A stretch of DNA of 64,000 bases from Ferroacidibacillus organovorans (GCF_001642725.1 NZ_LSUQ01000006.1:1-64000); one strand, 5' to 3'; positions 1 to 9,202 are shown, numbered from the stretch's first letter. The notes: generated by a model from the sequence alone, not told the origin. Numbers and translations: made by a program.

Positions 1-1
1 T

Positions 2-292
2 CGACACGCTCATGAGCGAACCGATGAGCAGTTCGACGACGTCGAGCAGACTTTGCAATTTTAGCATCCAGATCGCAGGCGCGCAGATGGTCACGATCGG
101 CAGGATGACGCTGAGCAGTTTGCTCCCTGTGGTCAGATCGATCAGCATCGCGAAGATGAAGGCGAGCGCCATGCAGTTGATCATGGAGGCGCGCATCGTG
201 ATGTGGCGCGGGGCGTGCGCGACGCGTGCAAACATCTGGTAGTAGGCGAGAAAGCCGATGAGCGAGCCGATGAAACTGGTGGCGATCAGCAT
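2..292 (-). CDS. Hypothetical membrane protein, truncated by the window edge (not in ORF track)
   Basis: Minus strand reads caGGAGGTGtcccATG (start 292), then MLIATSFIGSLIGFLAYYQMFARVAHAPRHITMRASMINCMALAFIFAMLIDL... with no stop before base 1; several hydrophobic segments. Confidence 0.7.
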   Translation of the reverse strand, partial: MLIATSFIGSLIGFLAYYQMFARVAHAPRHITMRASMINCMALAFIFAMLIDLTTGSKLLSVILPIVTICAPAIWMLKLQSLLDVVELLIGSLMSVS

Positions 293-307
293 GGGACACC
301 TCCTGTG

Positions 308-337
308 TTGACGTATGTATATGCGAGACAGTATCAT
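308..337 (+). promoter_or_regulatory. Putative sigma-A promoter for the fluoride riboswitch transcript
   Basis: TTGACG (308-313), 18 nt, TATCAT (332-337), ~15 nt upstream of the aptamer. Confidence 0.55.
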
Positions 338-349
338 TCAAGTAATTGA

Positions 350-397
350 ATCGCGATGGAGCTCGCATAAGCCCGGCCGTGGGATGATAGCCCCTAC
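350..397 (+). promoter_or_regulatory. Fluoride (crcB-motif) riboswitch aptamer
   Basis: GCG-AU-GGAGCU-CGC...CCC-loop-GGG-A-UGAU-AGCCCC-UAC matches the crcB-motif layout (P1, conserved AU, pseudoknot 358-363/389-394, UGAU, UAC); lies upstream of two fluc genes. Confidence 0.8.
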
Positions 398-441
398 AAG
401 TGTCCTTGGAGGAAACTCTGTGGCGCTTGTGGGGGTTTTTT
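390..441 (+). terminator. Riboswitch expression-platform intrinsic terminator
   Basis: GCCCCUACAAGUGUC (390-404) pairs with GGCGCUUGUGGGGGU (422-436) using G-U pairs, then a U-tract to 441; its 5' arm is the aptamer's pseudoknot strand. Confidence 0.8.
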
Positions 442-510
442 GCTGAGATCGAGTGGGACGCGACGATCGCAAAACCTAAAGAGACTGCAACACCTAGAGG
501 AGGAAGTTGT

Positions 511-753
511 GTGAAACAGGGAGATCGCCTGGAGGCGCGCGTGGTTGCGCTCGATCAGCGCGGCGCGTGGGTGGAGCATCAAGGCATTCGCGCGTTCGTG
601 CCACTCGCAGAACTCGCGTGGTACGAGATTGAGCACCCGACGGTTTCGCTTGGCGTTGGCGATTTGGTGCGCGTGCGTCTTGTAAAGAAGATGGAGGATG
701 GGGTTTGGGCGTGTTCCGTTCGCCGGGTGGACGTGGATGGGACGCTGACGTAA
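511..753 (+). CDS. Small single S1 (OB-fold) RNA-binding domain protein, 80 aa
   Basis: RBS AGAGGAGG then GTG at 511; GDRLEARVVALDQRGAWVEHQGIRAFVPLAELAWYEIEHPTVSLGVGDLVRVRLV resembles ribosomal protein S1 repeats. Confidence 0.75.
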   Translation: MKQGDRLEARVVALDQRGAWVEHQGIRAFVPLAELAWYEIEHPTVSLGVGDLVRVRLVKKMEDGVWACSVRRVDVDGTLT

Positions 754-830
754 GGCATGAATAGAGGCGTGGCCAGTCGGTTGCGCGACAGATCGATAGA
801 GACAACTTCGATCAACGAAAGGTGTGTCAG

Positions 831-1274
831 GTGTTGGCTGAGGAGAAAAAACGCGAAGAAACGTCGCGCGATCTGTCTTTGCGGGGGGATGTCGCGCGCC
901 AATACGGCGCAGTGGCAGTCGGTGGGGTCATCGGGGCGCTTTTGCGCGAACTGCTCGAGGTGGCGGTGCCACCCGTGCACGGGTTTCCGCTGGCGACACT
1001 CTTGATCAATTGGTCAGGAAGCTTTGTGCTGGCGTGGTTTTACACGGTCACCATCTGGCGCTTTAAGGTGCCGCAGTGGCTGCGCGCGGGCATTGGAACG
1101 GGGATCATCGGAGCGTATACCACGTTTTCCACGTTTGCCGTTGAGACGAACGCGCTTCTCATGCATGGGCAAAGTGCAACCGCACTTCTCTATGTGGTCC
1201 TCAGCCTTGTCGGCGGCTTTCTCATAGCGCTGCTCGGAAGCCATCTGGGCGGCGAGAGGAGGGAGATCGGATGA
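831..1274 (+). CDS. crcB: Fluoride channel Fluc/CrcB subunit 1
   Basis: GGVIGALLR, FPLATLLINWSGSF and GIIGAYTTFSTF motifs; 4 TM; start placed at GTG 831 after GAAAGGTG. Confidence 0.92.
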   Translation: MLAEEKKREETSRDLSLRGDVARQYGAVAVGGVIGALLRELLEVAVPPVHGFPLATLLINWSGSFVLAWFYTVTIWRFKVPQWLRAGIGTGIIGAYTTFSTFAVETNALLMHGQSATALLYVVLSLVGGFLIALLGSHLGGERREIG

Positions 1275-1633
1275 TCGAGTGGGTCGGCGTTGCCATCGGC
1301 GGAATGTTTGGCGCGTGCACACGCTTTTTTATCACCAATCAGATCAACGCACGCTTTAAAAAAGGCTTTCCCGTCGCGACATTTCTCATCAACATCACAG
1401 GCGCGTTTTTACTCGGCTATGTCTATGCGGCGGCGCGTCCGAACAACCTTGTGGACTACTGGCTACGCAGCGCCATTGGCATCGGGTTCATTGGGGCGTA
1501 CACCACGTTTTCCACGTGGATGTTTGAGAGCGCAACACTGCGCGATCGGCGCGCTGTGAAAACGATGGTCGCCTATCTGCTCGCGAGTCTGGTGGTCGGA
1601 CTGTTTGGCGCGTGGGTCGGTTCACGCTTGTAA
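1271..1633 (+). CDS. crcB: Fluoride channel Fluc/CrcB subunit 2
   Basis: GGMFGACTR, FPVATFLINITGAF and GFIGAYTTFSTW motifs; ATGA overlap with subunit 1. Confidence 0.92.
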   Translation: MIEWVGVAIGGMFGACTRFFITNQINARFKKGFPVATFLINITGAFLLGYVYAAARPNNLVDYWLRSAIGIGFIGAYTTFSTWMFESATLRDRRAVKTMVAYLLASLVVGLFGAWVGSRL

Positions 1634-1748
1634 TTTGTGGCGTCACTTAGGAATTACTTGCCAAGACGCGCTGTGTCTACTACCCTTAACCTATTGAATA
1701 GGAATAAGCGAGAATCGTTTGTTCAAATGGGCCAAAGGGGATGGCGGG

Positions 1749-2978
1749 ATGAGTGACTCTTTTCCAATCGATGAGGTTCGCGCGCATTTTCCGGCGCTGA
1801 AGCGTCTGTATCACGGCCAGCGTGTCGCCTACTTTGACGGACCTGGCGGGTCGCAAGTGGCGCAATCGACGATTGATGCGATGACCTCTTACATGGCGCG
1901 CGGCGGCGCGAATCTGCACGGCGTCTTTCCGACGAGCGTTGAGACGGAAGCGACCATCGCAGACGCAAAGACAAAACTGGCGGCACTTCTTCATACGCAA
2001 CCGTCGGAGATCGCATTTGGCGCCAACATGACAACCCTTACGTTCGCCATAGCGCGTGCACTCGCAAGAACGTGGGATGCGCAGACAGAGATTGTCGTGA
2101 CGGAACTTGACCATCGGGCAAATGTTGACCCGTGGCTCACGGCGGCACGCGATCGCGGCGCAAAACCGGTGTGGCTACGGGTGAATGAAGAGTCACTCGC
2201 GCTCGATCTTGATCGTCTTGATGAAGCGATTACCCCACGCACGAGAGTGGTCGCGGTGGGACTTGCCTCCAATGCAGTCGGCACAATAACGGATGTGCGA
2301 CGGATCGCACAGCGCGCGCATGAGGTGGGGGCGCTCGTGGTGGTTGACGCGGTGCATGCAGTACCGCATTTTTCCGTTGACCGCGAAATCTTGGACGCTG
2401 ACATCCTGTTGTGTTCAACGTATAAGTTCTTTGGCCCGCACGTCGGCGTTGCGGCGATTCGCGAGGTGCTGTTTGCGCAAATCGACGTTTACAAACTGGA
2501 CCCAGCCCCAACGTATGATCCGGACAAACTTGAAACGGGAACGCAGAGCCACGAAGGGATCGCGGGGATTGGCGGCGCGCTCGATTTTCTGGCAAGCCTT
2601 GGCGACGGGACGACGCTGCGTGAAAAGATGATTTCTGCCATGAAACGGATCGAGGCGTATGAGGACAGTCTGGCGCGTCACATGCGCGCGGGGTTACAGG
2701 CCATTCGTGGTGTGCGGCTTTTTTCGGCAGAAGAGGGAATCCCTAAAACGCCGACGCTTGCGATCACGGTCGATGGGAAGAATGCGCGCACTGTGTGCGA
2801 GCAAGTGGTGGAGACAGCGAGTGTTTTTGTGGCGGATGGCCATTTCTATGCGAGTACACTGGCTGATCGGCTCGATGTAAACGCCTGTGGCGGCTTTGTG
2901 CGGGCCGGGATTGCGCCGTACAATACGCAAGAAGAGGTGGATCGCTACCTGAATGCCTTAGAGCGAATCGCGCGGTAG
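1749..2978 (+). CDS. Cysteine desulfurase-like class V PLP aminotransferase (VC1184-type subfamily)
   Basis: YFDGPGGSQV, ELDHRANVDPW, VDAVH and CSTYKFFGPH (PLP Lys) motifs; ATG 1749 after AAAGGGG. Confidence 0.85.
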   Translation: MSDSFPIDEVRAHFPALKRLYHGQRVAYFDGPGGSQVAQSTIDAMTSYMARGGANLHGVFPTSVETEATIADAKTKLAALLHTQPSEIAFGANMTTLTFAIARALARTWDAQTEIVVTELDHRANVDPWLTAARDRGAKPVWLRVNEESLALDLDRLDEAITPRTRVVAVGLASNAVGTITDVRRIAQRAHEVGALVVVDAVHAVPHFSVDREILDADILLCSTYKFFGPHVGVAAIREVLFAQIDVYKLDPAPTYDPDKLETGTQSHEGIAGIGGALDFLASLGDGTTLREKMISAMKRIEAYEDSLARHMRAGLQAIRGVRLFSAEEGIPKTPTLAITVDGKNARTVCEQVVETASVFVADGHFYASTLADRLDVNACGGFVRAGIAPYNTQEEVDRYLNALERIAR

Positions 2979-3090
2979 CGCCATGGCGTGATCTGGCATG
3001 CGAAAAATGCCGTGAATCGCATGGCCACGTTGTATACGCGTATAGGAGCTTCGCCAGGTGGATCGATTGCAGGCGTTTCGTACATCGAAA

Positions 3091-3099
3091 TGCTATAAT
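3091..3099 (+). promoter_or_regulatory. Extended -10 promoter element (TG-c-TATAAT) of the aldo/keto reductase gene
   Basis: Perfect TGnTATAAT ~35 nt upstream of the start codon. Confidence 0.6.
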
Positions 3100-3132
3100 A
3101 GGTAAGCTACATACAAAAAGGAGGTTCTCGTG

Positions 3133-4119
<987 letters not shown>

Positions 4120-4129
4120 GACTCAGCGC

Positions 4130-4178
4130 AACCAGGCAACCGATCCACGCTACAGTGGAGCAGTTGCCTGGTTTTTTT
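4130..4178 (+). terminator. Intrinsic terminator
   Basis: AACCAGGCAAC...GTTGCCTGGTT stem with an inner TCCAC/GTGGA helix, followed by a T-run. Confidence 0.75.
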
Positions 4179-4217
4179 GCGTGTCTGCCTACGTTGCGTC
4201 GGTCTTGGCGTACCTTG

Positions 4218-5366
4218 TTAAAACGTGAGTTTGCGAACGTTTACGTTGTTTTCAATGACCGGCCAGAGTTGCGGAAAATCAGCGGGCATCGTCCACAGGC
4301 TGATGCCGCGTAGTCCGTAGCGTTTGACAAGATCCAGTTTTGCGAGAATGCTGCGCGCATCTTCAAACCACACTTCGTGCGCGCGATGCTGCGCGTCAAC
4401 GTAGCGATAAAACGGCGCCTGATACGTGGTGTTGTACTGAATATCAACTTTGTATTGCGCGGCGCGCTCGACAGCCACTTGTGGGTCAAACGTCTCGGCG
4501 AGCGATTTGCCCTTGACAAAAGGGAGTGTCCAGTCGCGTCCATACGTAGGCACGCCCATCACGATCTTGTGCTTGGGAATCGCCGTGACCGCATAGTTGA
4601 GCACCTTTTCCACTTCATTGATCGGTGCAATCGCCCACGGCGGGCCGCCCGCCCAACCCCACTCATACGTCATGAGCACCACGAAATCGCACAATGCGCC
4701 GTGGACAGGATAATCGTGCGCGACATAGAGTAAGCCTTGCTGATTGGCGGATGTCTTTGGCGCGAGCGCCGTGGAGAGAAGGAAGCCTGCCTGGTGGATT
4801 CGCGTGGCGACTTTTCGCAAAAACGCGTTGTAGGCGTCCTTGTCTTGCGGGTAGAGGTACTCAAAATCGATATTGAGCCCCTTTAGGCCCTGGCTGTGCA
4901 TGAGTTCGAGCGCGTTTGTGATCAGCGTGTCTTGCACGGCGGGCGTGTTAAGAATGGCATGAGCCACGTCCGAACTGAACATGCTTCCTGCATAGTTTGT
5001 GAGGACGAGCATGGGCATCACATGATGATTGCGCGCGATCAGAAGGAGACTCGACGTCTCGATCGGACGGATCGCGCCTTGCGCTGTCGCTTGGTGGCTA
5101 AAGGGGCTGACATACGTAAGATCGTGCGCCACCTGTGTAAGGTTGTTTTGACCTTTTGCGCCAAAATCGGTGTAATACGCATTGATTTCGATCATTGGTA
5201 AAGTTGCCTTGTTGACGTTTTCAGACGGAATGATCAACGCTTGACCGATGACCAGTTCATCAGGCGTTGTCAGTCCATTCATGTGAATCAACGTGTCGAG
5301 TGAAACGTGGTATTCTTTGGAGAGTGCGTAGAGCGTGTCGCCATGGGACACGATATGGATGATCAC
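4218..5366 (-). CDS. LysM + GH18 glycoside hydrolase (YaaH/SleL/YdhD-like spore protein)
   Basis: N-terminal LysM (HIVSHGDTLYALSKEY); GH18 GLNIDFEY; AHDY, LMTYEWGW and HEVWFEDARS motifs. Confidence 0.9.
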   Translation of the reverse strand: MIIHIVSHGDTLYALSKEYHVSLDTLIHMNGLTTPDELVIGQALIIPSENVNKATLPMIEINAYYTDFGAKGQNNLTQVAHDLTYVSPFSHQATAQGAIRPIETSSLLLIARNHHVMPMLVLTNYAGSMFSSDVAHAILNTPAVQDTLITNALELMHSQGLKGLNIDFEYLYPQDKDAYNAFLRKVATRIHQAGFLLSTALAPKTSANQQGLLYVAHDYPVHGALCDFVVLMTYEWGWAGGPPWAIAPINEVEKVLNYAVTAIPKHKIVMGVPTYGRDWTLPFVKGKSLAETFDPQVAVERAAQYKVDIQYNTTYQAPFYRYVDAQHRAHEVWFEDARSILAKLDLVKRYGLRGISLWTMPADFPQLWPVIENNVNVRKLTF

Positions 5367-5605
5367 GACGGTTTCCTCCTGTGCGTTCGTCTCGACAACG
5401 TATGCGAATGCCTAGCGTGATGTTCCTTTTCTGTCGCGTTGGCGCTCGTGACGTGATCAACGGTAACGGAATAAGTAAAATACTACAGCACATTTCGTTA
5501 CATCTTTTTTTTTATCTACTTGTTTTTTGTGTTAGGGTCGTTGTATGATGGAGTTGAGCATTTAACGAAGCAGTGAACATTCGAAAATAATAGGGAGGTT
5601 TTTTC

Positions 5606-6139
5606 GTGGCAACAACAACGTGGGCACTTGATACAGCACATAGTCACATTTCTTTCTCTGTTCGGCACATGATGATTTCGAACGTGCGTGGATCGTTTAA
5701 AACCTTTGAGGCGCAGGTGACGGCAGATCCTACAGATCTGACGGATGCAAAGGTTTCAGTGAAAATGGATACGAAGAGCATTGACACAGCAAACGAAGAT
5801 CGTGACAACCATTTGCGCTCAGGGGATTTCTTTGAGGCAGACACGTATCCGACGATCGAATTCGTGTCGGACAGTGTGAAAAAATTGAGTGAGAATACAC
5901 ACACCTTGAAGGGGCAACTTACGATCAAAGGCGTAACGCGTCCGATTGAACTCACCTGTGAGATTGAAGGTCCTGCTAAAGATCCGTGGGGCAATGAGCG
6001 CATTGGCGTGGCTGCGACGGGTACGATAAATCGCTCTGACTTTGGTCTAACGTATAACGCGGTGCTTGAGACAGGCGGCGTACTCGTCGGTGATGCAATC
6101 AAGTTGAACATAGAGCTGGAGTTTGTAAAACAGGCGTGA
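5606..6139 (+). CDS. YceI family lipid/polyisoprenoid-binding protein
   Basis: WALDTAHSHISFSVRHMMISNVRGSF, RDNHLRSGDFF and GQLTIKGVT motifs. Confidence 0.93.
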   Translation: MATTTWALDTAHSHISFSVRHMMISNVRGSFKTFEAQVTADPTDLTDAKVSVKMDTKSIDTANEDRDNHLRSGDFFEADTYPTIEFVSDSVKKLSENTHTLKGQLTIKGVTRPIELTCEIEGPAKDPWGNERIGVAATGTINRSDFGLTYNAVLETGGVLVGDAIKLNIELEFVKQA

Positions 6140-6158
6140 TTGGCTGATTTTCCTGATG

Positions 6159-6200
6159 AAAAGCAAAAGGCGATCGGGGATGTACCCGGTCGCCTTTTGC
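6159..6200. terminator. Terminator hairpin between convergent yceI-like and MFS genes
   Basis: GCAAAAGGCGATCGGG / CCCGGTCGCCTTTTGC inverted repeat. Confidence 0.75.
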
Positions 6201-6221
6201 GTATCTTGATGTTGCGATGGA

Positions 6222-7418
6222 TCACGCTACAGGTGTCGCCTTCTTTGCGTCAGATGGCAAAAAGATGGAAATGAGTGTCGCCGTAACCGGCAACCATACG
6301 ATCAAATCAAAAATAAATGGAATGCCGTAGCGATCTGCGACAACGCCGAGCAGTGTCGCGCCGATACCGCCCGCCCCGACGCCAAATCCGATGATCAGGC
6401 CTGACGCCATGCCAATGTTTCGCGGCAGGAGCATCTGACCATAGACAACCGTTACGGCAAACGAAGAGAGAATGGTAAAGCCGAGCAAAAAGAGATCGAT
6501 GGCTGCCATCCAGCCAGAAAGGTGGGGCAATAACCACGCGAATGGGATGGCGAGTGCGACCGATGCGAGTACCAGCTGTTTTTTGCTGAAGCGGTCGCTC
6601 AGCGTGCCGCCGACATACGTGGCCAACGCACCTGCGGCGAGAAAGAGGAATGTAAACAGTTCTGCGACGTTTAAGCTCAAATGGTGGTGAAGGTAGTAGA
6701 AGGGCAGAAAACCGGAAAGGCTGATTTGCGCAAAAGAGCGTAGAATGACGACAATGACGAGCAGTGTCAACCCGAGCGGTTGATTTTTTCCTGTGATTTC
6801 GCGCGCCTTGCTGCGCTCTTCTGCGATGCGTCGGCGATACCAGGGCAAAATGCGAAAGGTCATCCAACCAATCAGTGCGGAAGGAATGATAAAGTAGCGC
6901 AATCCTTGGACGCCTGTTGCAAAGAGAAAAAGTGGGATCATCAGGGGTCCCAAGGCTTGCCCCATATTGCCTCCAACTTGAAAAATCGCCTGAGCCATCC
7001 CTTTGACAGGTCCAGACGCGAGATGAGCGCCGCGCGACGCTTCGGGGTGAAATGCGCCTGAGCCTAACCCAGAGAAGGCGATGGCGATGAGTAGCCATGG
7101 CAGGGATGGCGCAAAGCCTGTCAAACTGAGACCCACACCTGAGAGCGTGACGCCAAGTGGTAAAAAAAATGCCTTTGGATGGCGATCCGTATAAAGGCCA
7201 AACAGTGGCTGCATGACGGACGACGTCAGGTAGGATGCGAGCACGATGAAGCCAACGCCGATGTAAGAGAGGTGAAACTCCTCTTTATAGAGCGGAAGAA
7301 GTGCCGGGACGATGCCTGTCGTCATCAGGTCATTAAACAGGTGTGCACCCGAGAGGGTCCACACCTGTTTTTTCTGAAGCTTGAGGGGTGCGCCCTGTGT
7401 CGTGGGGTTCGCTGCCAT
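6222..7418 (-). CDS. MFS transporter (Fsr/YfnC fosmidomycin-resistance-like)
   Basis: HLFND, VMQPLFG, GSGAFHPEA and FQVGGNMGQALGP motifs; ~12 TM. Confidence 0.88.
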   Translation of the reverse strand: MAANPTTQGAPLKLQKKQVWTLSGAHLFNDLMTTGIVPALLPLYKEEFHLSYIGVGFIVLASYLTSSVMQPLFGLYTDRHPKAFFLPLGVTLSGVGLSLTGFAPSLPWLLIAIAFSGLGSGAFHPEASRGAHLASGPVKGMAQAIFQVGGNMGQALGPLMIPLFLFATGVQGLRYFIIPSALIGWMTFRILPWYRRRIAEERSKAREITGKNQPLGLTLLVIVVILRSFAQISLSGFLPFYYLHHHLSLNVAELFTFLFLAAGALATYVGGTLSDRFSKKQLVLASVALAIPFAWLLPHLSGWMAAIDLFLLGFTILSSFAVTVVYGQMLLPRNIGMASGLIIGFGVGAGGIGATLLGVVADRYGIPFIFDLIVWLPVTATLISIFLPSDAKKATPVA

Positions 7419-7445
7419 TTCATCTTCCTTTCGCGTGTGCTTCGA

Positions 7446-8654
7446 TCAGGCTGCCAAAGGTTCTGTGGCCTCTTGGTTCAATCGTAACACGCTGAGGCAA
7501 ACAGGGATAGCGATTACGGAGAAAAGGGAGCAGACGATCATGATCGAGCGAATCGGTACAAATGGAACAAGCGCCCCTCCCACCAGAACGGAGATCGAAC
7601 CTGCGGTCATGTTAAGGGTGGCGAGCGCGCCGAGCACGCGACCTTGGACTTCGATAGGAATGAGGTTTTGCCGTATGGTGCGCGACGCGGTCATCATCGA
7701 CATGATCCCAAGCCCCATCACGGCAACCCCTGCACCGACAGTAGCCAGCGTGTGCCCAAGCACATAAGTGATAATGCCAATGGGCGTGATCAAGCCGCCA
7801 ATCGCCATGGATTGCCTTGGCGTGATTCGTTTTGCCAAACGCATGTTGATCATGCCGGAAACGACAAACGCAAGTCCGTTAATGGCGAGAAAGATCGAGT
7901 AACCCGTTGCGTTTAAATGGACTCCTTTGGTAATATAAATCGCTTCGTACGCATCGATCGCCCCTGCGCCCAAATTCATGATAATCATAATCGTCATGAT
8001 CCTTCTTAAGAGGGTTGATCTTTTCATATAGGAAACAGCGAGTTGCAAATCTTCTTTGATCGTCGCGAGTGCAAATTTACGCGATCCACTCGCCGGTTTA
8101 GGCACGTTTAGGCGGAGCAGGAGAAGCGAGCCGGCCGACAAGAGAAACGAGAGCGACTGAGCATAAAAAGGAAACGTGTCTCCCGAAATCACGAGATACC
8201 CGCCGATCAATGGGCCAAACACCATCGCCACATAGGAAAACGTTGTTGTCATCGTGTTGACGCGGTGGCGGTTTCCCGTTGTTGTGATGCTCGTTATCAA
8301 TGGGTTAAACGCATTGGTAAACGTATCCGTGCCAAATGTGTTGAGCGCGACGAGAAAAAAGAGAAAGGGGGTGCCGAGGGTGAGCGGAATGAGCGCGGTT
8401 GAGATTGCACAGAGGAGATCGGCAGAGAGCGCTGCGGTTCGAAACCCGAAGCGATCGACGAGCGTTCCTGAAAAATAGGAGAAGAAAAAGGGAACAAGCA
8501 TGCGGATCGACCACAGCAGCAGAAGCTGTTCGCCGTGTTTTACCAAGAAAAGGCTAAGGGCAATCATATAGATACGATCTCCCATTTGCGAAACAAAACG
8601 TCCGAGATAAATGATCCAGTGCTTTGAGGTGTACGCGCTTTCGGTCAAGTTCAT
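7446..8654 (-). CDS. MFS transporter (DHA3/macrolide-efflux-like)
   Basis: FVSQMGDRIY, SGTLVDRFG (motif A), GPLIGG and QGRVLG motifs; ~12 TM. Confidence 0.8.
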   Translation of the reverse strand: MNLTESAYTSKHWIIYLGRFVSQMGDRIYMIALSLFLVKHGEQLLLLWSIRMLVPFFFSYFSGTLVDRFGFRTAALSADLLCAISTALIPLTLGTPFLFFLVALNTFGTDTFTNAFNPLITSITTTGNRHRVNTMTTTFSYVAMVFGPLIGGYLVISGDTFPFYAQSLSFLLSAGSLLLLRLNVPKPASGSRKFALATIKEDLQLAVSYMKRSTLLRRIMTIMIIMNLGAGAIDAYEAIYITKGVHLNATGYSIFLAINGLAFVVSGMINMRLAKRITPRQSMAIGGLITPIGIITYVLGHTLATVGAGVAVMGLGIMSMMTASRTIRQNLIPIEVQGRVLGALATLNMTAGSISVLVGGALVPFVPIRSIMIVCSLFSVIAIPVCLSVLRLNQEATEPLAA

Positions 8655-8701
8655 TCTCCTAATTTGTGTTACAACGGAGTAACAACGATCATTTTTACTA
8701 G

Positions 8702-8730
8702 AGTGTAATTCGGTTTCCTAGGACTGTCAA
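8702..8730 (-). promoter_or_regulatory. Putative sigma-A promoter for the two MFS genes
   Basis: Minus strand TTGACA-17 nt-TACACT. Confidence 0.6.
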
Positions 8731-8827
8731 TGCAAAGATTGGCGTTTTTTGTAATTGTAAGACATGGCGAGAAATCGTGAGATGGAACATGCTATGATCA
8801 CGAGAAGAAGAAAAAGGGGGACGTCTC

Positions 8828-9202
8828 ATGATCCTCACCCAGGATCGCGCGATACTCGCAGTTCTTGCGCTTGGTTTCGTATTTTTTCTGCAGATGAAAC
8901 AGCGTCGCGCATCCGATGCTTACATGGCGCGCATCCGTGATCGTCAGCGCATGCGCGAGGATGCGCTACGGGACCGAGAAAGTGAAGCAAACGCGAGTGA
9001 TGTGGATCTCTTTGAGGTGAGTCCGCAAAGCGGGGAAGTAAAACCAGAAGATCTCGTGTTGCCCGTTCCACCGACGGCTGCAGAAACGGCGGAGCGTCAA
9101 GCAGGGGTATCGGCAGACGTGAAGAAGGCACACCAAGAGGATGAACATCTGGATACGGATCCCGCCGCACAGCATCACCAACCCACACCGCCATCGCCCT
9201 AA
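8828..9202 (+). CDS. Hypothetical protein with N-terminal membrane anchor
   Basis: RBS AAAAGGGGG; one hydrophobic helix, a basic stretch, then an acidic/Pro-rich low-complexity tail. Confidence 0.6.
   Translation: MILTQDRAILAVLALGFVFFLQMKQRRASDAYMARIRDRQRMREDALRDRESEANASDVDLFEVSPQSGEVKPEDLVLPVPPTAAETAERQAGVSADVKKAHQEDEHLDTDPAAQHHQPTPPSP

Noticed and set aside
12..242. 76-aa plus-strand ORF
   Set aside because: Shadow of the minus-strand membrane-protein ORF, which has a strong RBS
446..480. GAGTGGGACGC...GCAAAACC resembling part of a c-di-GMP-I riboswitch
   Set aside because: No upstream GGCAAAC/GNRA P2 stem and no P1/P3 pairing; likely chance
400..510. N-terminal extension of the S1 ORF in the ORF track (start 400)
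   Set aside because: Runs through the riboswitch terminator; the RBS-supported start is GTG 511
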